Counted from the stretch's first letter, positions 37,652-47,474 are shown. The stretch is DNA of 64,000 nt from an uncultured Clostridia bacterium (GCA_965151315.1 CBCTZG010000002.1:25817-89816); one strand, 5' to 3'. Notes: generated by a model not told the origin, from the letters alone. Translations and numbers: made by a program.

Positions 37652-38880
37652 TATTGTTTACCATGCTTTTCTTTATATTGGGCCGGCGTCATGCCCGTAA
37701 GGTTTTTAAAGGTTTTAAAAAAGTACCGGGAGCTTTTATAGCCCACGGCTTCTCCGATATAAAACAGCTTGATATTATTTTCAGAAAGCAAGCGCTTGGC
37801 CTGCTCAATTCGGATCTTATTCAGATATGTGTTAACGTTTTCCTGCATATGCTGCTTGAAAAACCGGCCGAAATATACAGGGCTTAGATGTACGTGCTTG
37901 GCCACATCCTCCAGCGAGGTGATGGAGGCGTAATTTTCCCGCATATAATCCACAGCCTGCTGAATAGTATCATTTAAAATAATCTCCTCCGTAGCCGGCT
38001 GATCTTTAACGGTTTGCAGCATATCGGAAACAGCGGGATATTCCCGGATTACGGTAATCTCCGCGTTAAGCCGCAAAGCAGAACGCAGTTTTTCCTGAAG
38101 AGTCTGCATATGCTGTTTTAACCGCCCGGAAAAATCATTTGCGTGTTCCTTGCAGATTACGATAATTTCAATATTTCCCTGGGCGTAAAGAACGGACAGG
38201 ATATAGCAGTCCGGCTGTTCAAAGGGGATTAGCAAGTTGATGGCGTTGTACAGACGGAATTCGTCATATTTCCAAACTTCGTCTAAATATTTCCGGAAAT
38301 CCTGGAGATGAATATTCAATAAAGCGCAAGGGGAGCGGTCAGGGTCAATATCAACGGTTAATGCGGAAAGTCTGTCCGCCAACTCCTCCGATGTATGGAT
38401 GACGCCGCAGAACAAATCAGAAAAGATTTGCTGACAATCATCCTGGATTTTTAAATCGGTAAAGCTTTCCGAAGTAAAGGTAGGGGAAGAAGGCATTGCT
38501 ATCCGCTGATCTAGGATAACCTTAATCTTTTTACACAGGTCAAATAGCTCCTGGCGCAGGATGGGCTTTAAAATATAACCCACAACATTATAGTCAATGG
38601 CAGCCCGGGCATACTCAAAATCCCGATAGGCGCTGATAAAAGCGATCACCGTTTCCGGATATTCTCTCTGGCATAAGGCGGCAAAATCCAAACCGTTGAC
38701 CTCATCCATCTGAATATCTGTGATCACCGCGTCCGTGTGGTTTTCCGCCATATAGGCAAGCGCGGCGGCGCCGCTGGAAAACGTGCCCGCCACATAAAAT
38801 CCAAAAGAAGCCCAGTCGATAAACTGTTCAAGCTGCGACAACACCAGTTCCTCGTCATCGATAAGAATCAGTTGATACAT
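37651..38880 (-). CDS. YesN-like response regulator (receiver domain plus AraC-type HTH)
   Basis: The receiver is 'MYQLILIDDEELV...VITDIQMDEVNGLDF'. The C-terminus is 'LEDVAKHVHLSPVYFGRFFKQ...IGEAVGYKSSRYFFKTFK'. Its stop overlaps the HK start by 1 nt. Confidence 0.88.
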   Translation of the reverse strand: MYQLILIDDEELVLSQLEQFIDWASFGFYVAGTFSSGAAALAYMAENHTDAVITDIQMDEVNGLDFAALCQREYPETVIAFISAYRDFEYARAAIDYNVVGYILKPILRQELFDLCKKIKVILDQRIAMPSSPTFTSESFTDLKIQDDCQQIFSDLFCGVIHTSEELADRLSALTVDIDPDRSPCALLNIHLQDFRKYLDEVWKYDEFRLYNAINLLIPFEQPDCYILSVLYAQGNIEIIVICKEHANDFSGRLKQHMQTLQEKLRSALRLNAEITVIREYPAVSDMLQTVKDQPATEEIILNDTIQQAVDYMRENYASITSLEDVAKHVHLSPVYFGRFFKQHMQENVNTYLNKIRIEQAKRLLSENNIKLFYIGEAVGYKSSRYFFKTFKNLTGMTPAQYKEKHGKQ

Positions 38881-38993
38881 GGGCGTCCCCTCCTGCGGAT
38901 AATATCGATTATATTATAGCATACTCAGCTTCAAAAGCAAGGGGATATAATACAGGATATTTAATTTGAGCCCTGGAAGGTTTAAAATGAGCA

Positions 38994-39023
38994 TTGCTTT
39001 GCAAAGAACGGTTCCGGTATAAT
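38994..39023 (+). promoter_or_regulatory. Putative promoter of the ABC/surface-protein operon, with a 10-bp palindrome over the -35 box
   Basis: TTGCTT (38994-38999), 18-nt spacer, TATAAT (39018-39023). The palindrome CTTTGCAAAG lies at 38997-39006. GGATAT direct repeats lie at 38943-38948 and 38955-38960. Confidence 0.35.
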
Positions 39024-39054
39024 GAAACCATGAAACAGAAAGGACATGATATGC

Positions 39055-40005
39055 ATGCGGGTAAAACAAGTAAAAGCGTCAAATGGACAGCTCCGGCGGG
39101 GAAAGCGGCTTTCGAAGGATGAGTGGCAGCTTTATTCCTTCTGCTTGATTCCGATTCTGCTGGTGTTTATTTTTTGCTATCTCCCGATGGGCGGTATTAT
39201 TATCGCGTTTAAGGACTATCGGTTTGATAAAGGAATTCTTGGCAGCGAGTGGGTAGGCTTTAAAAATTTTGAATTCTTCTTAAAATCCAATGAGTTTGTA
39301 AAACTGACCCGGAACACTTTATATTTAAACGCGCTGTTTATCGTCGTGGGAATCATCGCGGCTTTGGCTGTGGCGATACTTCTTTTTCAGCTTCGGAGCC
39401 GGACCGCGACGAAAGTATATCAAACCATGCTGATTACCCCGAATTTTATCTCCTGGGTTGTGGCTTCCTATATGGTTTACGCGCTTTTAAATCCATCCTA
39501 CGGTGCAATCAATATGCTTTTGCAGAAAATGGGCTTAGAGGGAGTAGACTGGTATAATACCCCGGCGGCATGGCCCGCGATCTTGACCATTGCCGGTGTT
39601 TGGAAAAATGTAGGAATGGACTGCGTAATCTACTATGCTGCACTGATGGGGATTGATCCTACCCTCTTTGAGGCGGCGGAAATCGATGGTGCGGGAACCT
39701 GGCAGAAAATCCGGCGGATTACTATCCCAAGTCTCGTGCCGTTGGTAACGATTTTAACAATTCTAAAGGTCGGCGGTATTTTTCGGGCGGATTTTGGTAT
39801 GTTCTACCAGCTGACTCGGGATGTGGGCGCTTTGTATGACATGACGGACGTCATCGACACCTATGTGTTCCGGACGATGCGTGTGCTGGGCGATATGGGA
39901 ATGGGCTCGGCTATCGGCCTTTTGCAGTCCGTCGTGGGTATTGTTATGGTGCTGGGGACAAACTGGCTGAGTAAGAAAATTGATCCCGATCTGGGCTTGT
40001 TTTAG
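39055..40005 (+). CDS. Sugar ABC transporter permease (LplB-like)
   Basis: Six TM pattern. The EAA loop is 'EAAEIDGAGTWQKIRRITIPSLVP'. The N-terminal basic region is typical of LplB-type permeases. Confidence 0.85.
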   Translation: MRVKQVKASNGQLRRGKRLSKDEWQLYSFCLIPILLVFIFCYLPMGGIIIAFKDYRFDKGILGSEWVGFKNFEFFLKSNEFVKLTRNTLYLNALFIVVGIIAALAVAILLFQLRSRTATKVYQTMLITPNFISWVVASYMVYALLNPSYGAINMLLQKMGLEGVDWYNTPAAWPAILTIAGVWKNVGMDCVIYYAALMGIDPTLFEAAEIDGAGTWQKIRRITIPSLVPLVTILTILKVGGIFRADFGMFYQLTRDVGALYDMTDVIDTYVFRTMRVLGDMGMGSAIGLLQSVVGIVMVLGTNWLSKKIDPDLGLF

Positions 40006-40014
40006 GAGGCAATT

Positions 40015-40905
40015 ATGGAAAAAACAAAAAAACATAGATTTCAGTTCGGCGTACATTTTGTGTTTATTCTGCTGTGCGCCTGCTGCGTACTGCCGTTTCT
40101 CCTGCTGGCGGCGATCTCTTTCTCCAGCGAGGCAGACGTGGCAAAATACGGCTACAGCCTGATCCCCAAAAACTTTGATTTGTCAGCGTACAAATATGTG
40201 TTCTCTAATCCGCAGGCAGTATTTAACGCCTATAAGGTGACGATTATCTTCTCGGTAGTAGGAACCGTTTTAAGTGTGCTGTTGATGGCAATGACGGCTT
40301 ATCCCTTGTCAAAGCGCTGGCTCCGGGGAAGGGGCAAAATCACCTTTTATTTATACTTTACCACCCTGTTCAGCGGCGGCATGGTACCTACTTACATACT
40401 GATTACCCAATACCTGCATTTGCAGAATACCATTTGGGTCTATATCCTGCCCGCCTTGATCAACCCCTGGTACATTTTTATGATCCGGACATTTTTCCAG
40501 GGGCTGCCGGAGGAAATCTTCGAGTCGGCGAAAATTGACGGGGCCAGCGAGTACAATATTTTTTTCCAGTTTGTATTGCCGCTGTCTAAGCCAGTTTTGG
40601 CAACTATTGCGCTGATGACATTTTTAGGCAAATGGAATGAGTGGTATACAGCGATGCTTTATATCAATGACGACAATCTGATCAGCCTGCAGTATCTGCT
40701 TCAGCGGATCATGCAGAATATCCAACTTTTGCAGAACGCGTCCACGGACTTAAACACAGCGTCGATGCTGTCTGCCTATGACATCCCGACAGAAACAGTT
40801 CGGATGGCCATGGCGGTTGTTGTGGCGGGACCGGCGCTTTTGATCTTCCCGTTTTTCCAGAAGTACTTTGTTAAGGGCCTGACTATCGGCTCTGTCAAGG
40901 GTTAA
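40015..40905 (+). CDS. Carbohydrate ABC transporter permease (LplC-like)
   Basis: The EAA loop is 'ESAKIDGASEYNIFFQFVLPLSKP'. There is a 9-nt gap to the upstream permease. Confidence 0.88.
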   Translation: MEKTKKHRFQFGVHFVFILLCACCVLPFLLLAAISFSSEADVAKYGYSLIPKNFDLSAYKYVFSNPQAVFNAYKVTIIFSVVGTVLSVLLMAMTAYPLSKRWLRGRGKITFYLYFTTLFSGGMVPTYILITQYLHLQNTIWVYILPALINPWYIFMIRTFFQGLPEEIFESAKIDGASEYNIFFQFVLPLSKPVLATIALMTFLGKWNEWYTAMLYINDDNLISLQYLLQRIMQNIQLLQNASTDLNTASMLSAYDIPTETVRMAMAVVVAGPALLIFPFFQKYFVKGLTIGSVKG

Positions 40906-40941
40906 TTGTCAATTTGTACAATATAAAAGGAGGAATTTTAT

Positions 40942-42411
40942 ATGAAAAAAAGAACACTCGCCGCGGCGCTAGCCATGGTTATGACCCTGGGATTGGCTTC
41001 CGGCTGCGGCAAAACCCAAGACACCGCGTCTGGCGGTGATGTTCCTACGTTGACCTGGTATGTGCCCGGCGATAAGCAGCCGGATATGGCCCTGGTTATG
41101 GAGGAGGCAAACAAAATTGTTGAACCGGCCATCGGCGCGAAAATTGATCTGCAGATGATTGACGCCGGCGCGTTCCAGGAAAAAATGACCATGATGATGG
41201 CATCCGGCGAAGTTTTTGACATGACATTTACCGGCGCTGGAAACGACTACATGACCGCAGTAGAAAAAGGCGGCCTTTTGGACATTACCGACATGATTGA
41301 TACGGAAGCGCCCAAGCTCCGGGAGGTTGTCCGGGATTATGCGTTTGAGGAAGTGACCGTTGACGGTCGGATTTATGGTGTGCCCAATATGCAGATCCTG
41401 GCAGGGAAGCGGAGTCTGTTTATTCCCAAAGATATCGCCGAGGAATATGGCCTGGAGGAACTGAACAAAATTAAGAAGATTGACGACGCGGAGCCATTTT
41501 TGGCCTGGGCTCATGAAAAATATCCGGATATGTATCCCCTGCAGATCGGCCAGGGCTTGACTAACTGGGATTTCGCAGAATATCTGGAGCTGGGTGTAAA
41601 CAACATGGGAATTTCCTATGAGGACCTGTTGGACGGCGACGGCAAGATGGAGGTTGTTTGGCTGCGGGATACAGATATTGACAAGCATGCACTGGAAAAA
41701 TTGCATGACTGGTATCAGAAAGGCTATATCCGCAAGGATGTGCTGAGCGTAACCGATGACTCCCTGGATGTAAAGGCCGGCAAATATATTGTAGAAACCG
41801 GGCTCTGGAAGCCAGGCGCAGAAGCGGAGTATTACAACAAGACTGGCCGGGAGTGCGTAATCATCCAGCTGGATTTTCCAACCCTGGTTAACGGCGCGGT
41901 TAACACGATGATTTCTGTCAGCCGGACCAGCAAAAACCCGGAAAAGTCCCTGCAGTTCATTGAACTGATTAACACCAATAAAGAGCTCTATAATCTGATT
42001 GCTTTCGGTATCGAGGGCAAGCATTATACGAAAAATGAAGAAGGTAAGATTGTGCTGAACCCGCAGTCCGGGTATTTCCAGAATGCTTCCTGGAAATTTG
42101 GCTGTGTATTTAACGCATTGGTTCAGGAAGGCCAGGACGACGACGTTTGGGAGCAGACGATCGCGTTGAATGACAGCGCCGTTGTTTCCCCGTTGTTAGG
42201 CTTTAAGCTGGACAGCAAACCAATCGCTACGGAGATTTCTGCGGTAACGTCCATTTCTTCACAGTATAAGGTTATGCAAACCGGCGCGGAAGACCCGGAC
42301 AGCTACTGGACCGAGTATCTGCAAAAGGTGGAAACAGCAGGGATCCGCAAAATCCAGGAGGAGACGCAGCGGCAGGTAGACGAGTATTTGAAAATGAAAA
42401 ACAACCAGTAA
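40942..42411 (+). CDS. Extracellular solute-binding lipoprotein (LplA-like, ~490 aa class)
   Basis: Lipobox 'MTLGLASGCG'. Its size and position after LplB/LplC-like permeases fit. The family call comes from context and general SBP pattern. Confidence 0.8.
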   Translation: MKKRTLAAALAMVMTLGLASGCGKTQDTASGGDVPTLTWYVPGDKQPDMALVMEEANKIVEPAIGAKIDLQMIDAGAFQEKMTMMMASGEVFDMTFTGAGNDYMTAVEKGGLLDITDMIDTEAPKLREVVRDYAFEEVTVDGRIYGVPNMQILAGKRSLFIPKDIAEEYGLEELNKIKKIDDAEPFLAWAHEKYPDMYPLQIGQGLTNWDFAEYLELGVNNMGISYEDLLDGDGKMEVVWLRDTDIDKHALEKLHDWYQKGYIRKDVLSVTDDSLDVKAGKYIVETGLWKPGAEAEYYNKTGRECVIIQLDFPTLVNGAVNTMISVSRTSKNPEKSLQFIELINTNKELYNLIAFGIEGKHYTKNEEGKIVLNPQSGYFQNASWKFGCVFNALVQEGQDDDVWEQTIALNDSAVVSPLLGFKLDSKPIATEISAVTSISSQYKVMQTGAEDPDSYWTEYLQKVETAGIRKIQEETQRQVDEYLKMKNNQ

Positions 42412-42455
42412 GAAAAACCATGCACTGGTAAAATAAATTGAGGAGGAACGAAACG

Positions 42456-43844
42456 ATGCGGAGCCTTCAAAAAACGTTGGTTAGTTTTCTTTTATCTGCG
42501 GCAATGCTGATGACGGCAGCAGTACCGGCTGTATTGGCCGCCGAGGGCGATGCGGCTGCGGCGTTGAACGGGGCCGGGGATATCGTTGAAGTGCAGGCTG
42601 TTTTAGAGCAGTATGGCGATGAATTGGATCTGGATTTGGAAACCTTAAGTAAGATTTCCAAAAAAGACGCTGTTTATCAGGCTATGCTGGACGCGGAGTT
42701 CGCCACTGATGCAGACGTGCAGAAAATGTTTGCACAAGCGCTGGGTGAACAGGCGGCAGTGATTAAAAATATTGCCGTGGCAGACGCAAGGGTAGATTGG
42801 AACAATAATATTTTTAATGATAACGGCGGAGAAAACGACTGGGCGCCATACTTTATGATCAACCGGCTGGTATACACGGAAACCGTTCCTATGACCGCGG
42901 AAGGCGGCCAGTGGGGGACGATAGATCTGAAGACAGGGGCAAAAACACAAGGGGCAGATCCCTGGCTGTTTGTTCCGGGCTGGGCCCAGAGATATAACCA
43001 GGCCTACTTTACCTTTGACCAGACAGCCACTTATGGCAAGGAACATATTGTAGGCGCGCAAGCCAATCTCCGCCGTGGATATGAGGAAAGCGCCCAGGAC
43101 GGCGTTGCCCGTTATTTGCTGCTGTATGATGATACTGAAACCAGAAACGCCATCGGATTTAGTAATGACACAAAACAGCAGGGGGATATGATCCGGGCGG
43201 ATGTGACAGAATTGGTTAAGAATAACGATACGTTTACGATTTACGCGGCAGGCGCTGTGGACGGTGTGACAGCCGGCGGCAGTGCGCTGACAACACCGAA
43301 GGACGAAGGTCTGAAAGACAACGCGATGTTTTTAACGATATCTTATGACAAGCTGGCGTTTGCGAACGAGGTGGGCAAAGCCAGCAACGCGGAAGCTGCC
43401 CAGAGCTTGGTTGAAAATTACAGAACGATTCTGGGCATTCCGGAGGACGCGGATACAATGGCGTACGCGGTTGCGATGATGGGAACGGAGTTTACTTCTG
43501 CCGCGCAGCTGGAAAGCGTTTTCGAGCGGGCAGCGCTGCGGGAGGTTATGATTGCTGATGTAATGCCGCAGCCGGGACAAATCTCCAGAGGTTCAGTAAC
43601 AATCAGGAATTTGACGGCGGAGGTAAAGGATATTCAGGTCGTTGTAGCTGGATATAATGAAAACGGCCAGATGGTGGATTCCGTATTTTTGACGCTTGCG
43701 AATCCACAGCTGAACGGGTATACATCTGTCAGCGGCCTATATAGAATGTCCGCGGATAATATTGTGGAAATTAAAGCATTCTTATGGGATAGCTTAGAGT
43801 CCCTCCAGCCGCTGGACATGCCGGGCGTTTATCGTCAGCAATAA
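42456..43844 (+). CDS. Secreted protein of unknown function (ORF A, 462 aa): helical modules, beta-rich middle, and a C-terminal 'FLWD' module
   Basis: GAGGAGG lies 8 nt upstream of the ATG at 42456. Signal peptide 'MRSLQKTLVSFLLSAAMLMTAAVPAVLA'. I recognise no catalytic motif. Confidence 0.75.
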   Translation: MRSLQKTLVSFLLSAAMLMTAAVPAVLAAEGDAAAALNGAGDIVEVQAVLEQYGDELDLDLETLSKISKKDAVYQAMLDAEFATDADVQKMFAQALGEQAAVIKNIAVADARVDWNNNIFNDNGGENDWAPYFMINRLVYTETVPMTAEGGQWGTIDLKTGAKTQGADPWLFVPGWAQRYNQAYFTFDQTATYGKEHIVGAQANLRRGYEESAQDGVARYLLLYDDTETRNAIGFSNDTKQQGDMIRADVTELVKNNDTFTIYAAGAVDGVTAGGSALTTPKDEGLKDNAMFLTISYDKLAFANEVGKASNAEAAQSLVENYRTILGIPEDADTMAYAVAMMGTEFTSAAQLESVFERAALREVMIADVMPQPGQISRGSVTIRNLTAEVKDIQVVVAGYNENGQMVDSVFLTLANPQLNGYTSVSGLYRMSADNIVEIKAFLWDSLESLQPLDMPGVYRQQ

Positions 43845-43886
43845 TCGGATGTTTTGCGGCAAGCCGGGTTTATTAGGAGGATGAGC

Positions 43887-46800
43887 ATGAAGATGCAATA
43901 CAAAAAAATTACAGCATTGCTTTTGTCGGCTGCTATGCTGACAGCATGCCTGCCGGGAATCGCTTTCGGCCAGCAGACAGATCCTGTTCCGCTGGATATT
44001 AAAGCAGAAAATCAAATATCCGATGATTCTGTGCAGGACGGTAAAACGGAGTTACCGCTGACAGAAGAGGAGGACTGTGGGAAACCAGGGGGCCAGGCGC
44101 CTGCCCCTGCTGAATCTCCAGTACCGCCGGAAGAGCCGGAAGCAGAGCCAACACAGTCTGCAAAACCGGAATTAGAATCGGAACCGATTAGAAAAGTAAA
44201 ACCTATGCATGAGCAGACAGAGGCAGAGGTATACTCCGCCGATCAGATTGAGATCCAGCATCCAATGGCTGGAGATTTGATCCTGACGAGGGATGGAAAC
44301 GAGGACAATTTTAACGGCGCGGGTTCGCAGACCGGTACGCTGAAGCTGTTAACCAAGTTTGCGAAAACTGAAGATATTAACGTGGATCCGAAATATATTG
44401 TATCTGTCCAATATCATTTGACGCTGGATATGTGTGACGCTATGTTTGATCCGCAAACCTGGCATTTTTACATGACAGACGGAAACTGGCAGGAGTTCCA
44501 GGCTACATATGACTCCCTGGGAGACGCGGTCACGGATACGTCAAGAGAACTTCTTACGGAGGCGGCTTTTCTGCCGCTGTTTGACAACACCTTTGACATT
44601 ACCGATGGTTATAAGACATTGATTGATAAACAAGACGGTGATTTTGGTATCCGGGTAGACTTGGAACAATACGAAGCGGTTTTTAAGAACAATTCCAGTA
44701 CTGCGGACAATTATCTGACCTATACAATCGACCGCGGCGCAATTTGGGAAGATATAGAAAACGCGGCCGATTTAGATATGCTGGACAGCATGATCCTGAA
44801 AAACGGAGCGGCTGTTGGAATCAATACAGGGCTTTACCGGGCGGTTGCCGACCGGTCGGAAATGCTTGCGGAGATTGCCGGTCTGGAGAAGGTGACAGCG
44901 GAAACAGTAAATGAAGTGATTGCGGCAGCGGCCGATCAGGTACTGACGGCCCCGGTAATAATCCCAAATGACGGGAATATCTACCGGTATGAGACCGCGC
45001 CCCAACAAAACGCATCTGCTAAGCTGATCCGGCAAAGCGGCCAGAATATGGCCACAGAAAGTACCACAGCTTCCCGGTTTGTAGTGGCGTTTGATTTGGG
45101 GGATACACCGGCTGCCTCTGCGGCCGATGTTCAGTTTTCTATCCTGCGGGCCGCCAGCGGCGCAGAAGAAGGAACAATTCGAAACTTGACGGTTTCCGTG
45201 GCAGACTCTGCGGGAGAAAATGCGGATCCGCAGGATACACCGTTTTATTTGGACTTTGAACAGGCTCCGGTTGGCCTAGCCTCTCAGTCTAAAACGGAAA
45301 ATCCGTATGTAGAAATTACAGGGATGATTGATCCAGCAGCGGACAAGCTGTACGTTTCCCTTTTGGGAATTGATGACAGTGACCGATTATCCAATCAGGC
45401 TGTTCTGGCCGTTCGATACAATTTAACAGATATTTTTGCGATGATTGCCAAGGCATCTGTTGTAGAAACAATCAGCCTATTAACCCAATATGGCAGTGTG
45501 CTGGGCCTGCCAGAGGAAGACTTGACCGGAGATCGGCTTTTGAAGATTGCGTTAGGCGTATATGGCCGAACCATTGATAGTACAGACACGTTTTTGGCAA
45601 TGGCAGAAAATGCTGCAAATAATATGGGAAAAGCAGATATTTTAGGGGCCCTGAACCAAACGGCGGAAGAAGCTGCGTATGGAGAAGTGATATTGGCTTA
45701 CAGCGGGCTTTTAGAGGTACAAAATACGATGATTGCAAATCTGCCAATGGAGTATCAGAAGCAGGCCATTGCTGAAATTTTCCGTGGCGGCGAGGATTAT
45801 CATTCAGTTTCCGAACTGATCGCGGCGGTCCGCAAAGCAGCTGCCAAGCAATATAAGCTGCTTTTATCTGGCCTGGATGGTATTGATTATGCGGCGACTA
45901 AGGCATATCTCCAGGAGTGTGGAGAGGCTTTGGGGATTTCAGCGGAAGATCTCAGCACAAATATTGACAAGCTGACAATGGCGTACCTGATTGGAAGACC
46001 GATAACAGATATTTTAGAGTTTCAGGCCATTTACGCTGATTATGAAACCTATGCAAGCAATAATATTGTTGGTCTTTTAAACCGCAGTCAGAATGTGGAA
46101 GAGTTTGACGCCTTGCTTCACCAGTATCAGGAAGCGCTAGGCTTAGATTTACGGGTATATGACACCTTTGAAAATAAGGAAGGGATATATCTTTCCATGC
46201 GGGGCGCCGCAGATAATCCAGCGGATTTTGCAGTGCGGTTTGCGGAGGAATTGCAAAAATACCTGGCCCAGCCGCAGACAACCTATGCAATTGAAGAATC
46301 CTGGATTAAAACGGACAGAGACGATCCAAACTATGGTAACTGGAATGAAGAGTGGATGGGCAGAAAGGATGACGCAAGCCATCTGCTGAAATATGATTTA
46401 TCCGGGATTGCAATTGATCCACAGAAGCTGGTGAGCGCGACAGTCACGCTTTCGATTCCAGTTAGAAACGAAACGGCGGATGTTGCGGATACGACCTTTT
46501 ATCTGTACACACTGCGCAATGACTGGAAGGAGTCGACAGCAACGTATAAGCTGCTGGAAGAGCAGGGCTTCTTCGCAGAGCAGAAAATTGCGGGACAAGC
46601 GTATGAGGCCATGCTCCACGGCGGCGACAAAATTGTGATTGATATTACGGATTACATCATAGAGCAGGCACAGCAGGGTCAAATTGGGCAGTTGTCCTTC
46701 CAGTTTGCCGCTGTTAATCCAAACGGCGGCCTGATCATCACCCGCAAGGGTGACAGTGTGACATACGCGCCTATGGATTTGGTCTTTGCTGAGGGCGTTA

Positions 46801-47456
46801 GCTCAACGGTTAACTATACGCCGGCAGGAGGCAGCCAGAATGTGCCAGTTGATACCCAGGAAATTCTTATCCAATTTCCAAAGGCTGTGGATCCTGTCAC
46901 CATGACGGACAAGGCGGTAACCGTACAGGAAAATGGAACGGCGGTGTCCAACTGGACACTGCAGAGTGTAAACAGTACAACATATAAGATTGTATTTGAC
47001 TCCAGACTGGCATATGACACCACGTATACAGTAAGCCTGGCGAACAGTATTCAATATGCGGGCGATAGCGGGACTTACGTAATGAATGCATTATCGTTTA
47101 CTACAGAAAAGCAGCCGCTGGTATTTGGCGGAATGCAGGTTTATTCTGATGGCAAGCAGATTCAGCAGCTGTCGGAGCGGACCAGTGATACAGTAACAGT
47201 ATCTGCTCGAGTGGAGAATAACGGAGAGGAAACTCAGCCGGCGGCAATTACTTTGGCGCTGTATGCGGAGGAAAACGGAGTATGGCAGATGATTGCCGCG
47301 AAAGCTGTATCTGATGTAATTGATCTGGATGGCTATCTCCTGTGCGAAACAGATTTTGATATTCCTGATGCCCCGGGAATAACATATTCGATTGCATGCC
47401 ACGTGTGGGATTCCTATGAATCTATGAGTAGCATGTATTACGCGCGGATGCAGTAA
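43887..47456 (+). CDS. Giant secreted protein of unknown function (ORF B, ~1,190 aa): P/E linker, beta-sandwich modules, helical repeat modules, SbsA-type Ig domain, and a C-terminal 'VWD' module
   Basis: AGGAGG at 43875-43880. Signal peptide 'MKMQYKKITALLLSAAMLTACLPGIAFG'. The start is ambiguous (43881, 43887 or 43893). Confidence 0.75.
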   Translation: MKMQYKKITALLLSAAMLTACLPGIAFGQQTDPVPLDIKAENQISDDSVQDGKTELPLTEEEDCGKPGGQAPAPAESPVPPEEPEAEPTQSAKPELESEPIRKVKPMHEQTEAEVYSADQIEIQHPMAGDLILTRDGNEDNFNGAGSQTGTLKLLTKFAKTEDINVDPKYIVSVQYHLTLDMCDAMFDPQTWHFYMTDGNWQEFQATYDSLGDAVTDTSRELLTEAAFLPLFDNTFDITDGYKTLIDKQDGDFGIRVDLEQYEAVFKNNSSTADNYLTYTIDRGAIWEDIENAADLDMLDSMILKNGAAVGINTGLYRAVADRSEMLAEIAGLEKVTAETVNEVIAAAADQVLTAPVIIPNDGNIYRYETAPQQNASAKLIRQSGQNMATESTTASRFVVAFDLGDTPAASAADVQFSILRAASGAEEGTIRNLTVSVADSAGENADPQDTPFYLDFEQAPVGLASQSKTENPYVEITGMIDPAADKLYVSLLGIDDSDRLSNQAVLAVRYNLTDIFAMIAKASVVETISLLTQYGSVLGLPEEDLTGDRLLKIALGVYGRTIDSTDTFLAMAENAANNMGKADILGALNQTAEEAAYGEVILAYSGLLEVQNTMIANLPMEYQKQAIAEIFRGGEDYHSVSELIAAVRKAAAKQYKLLLSGLDGIDYAATKAYLQECGEALGISAEDLSTNIDKLTMAYLIGRPITDILEFQAIYADYETYASNNIVGLLNRSQNVEEFDALLHQYQEALGLDLRVYDTFENKEGIYLSMRGAADNPADFAVRFAEELQKYLAQPQTTYAIEESWIKTDRDDPNYGNWNEEWMGRKDDASHLLKYDLSGIAIDPQKLVSATVTLSIPVRNETADVADTTFYLYTLRNDWKESTATYKLLEEQGFFAEQKIAGQAYEAMLHGGDKIVIDITDYIIEQAQQGQIGQLSFQFAAVNPNGGLIITRKGDSVTYAPMDLVFAEGVSSTVNYTPAGGSQNVPVDTQEILIQFPKAVDPVTMTDKAVTVQENGTAVSNWTLQSVNSTTYKIVFDSRLAYDTTYTVSLANSIQYAGDSGTYVMNALSFTTEKQPLVFGGMQVYSDGKQIQQLSERTSDTVTVSARVENNGEETQPAAITLALYAEENGVWQMIAAKAVSDVIDLDGYLLCETDFDIPDAPGITYSIACHVWDSYESMSSMYYARMQ

Positions 47457-47474
47457 TTTGAAAGGATTTTAAAG

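Noticed and set aside
40969-42024. A 351-aa minus-strand ORF inside the solute-binding-protein gene.
   Set aside because: It has no RBS, signal or motif, and its composition is odd (many H, F, N, Q runs). The plus-strand ORF has a lipobox and operon context, so this one is a shadow ORF.
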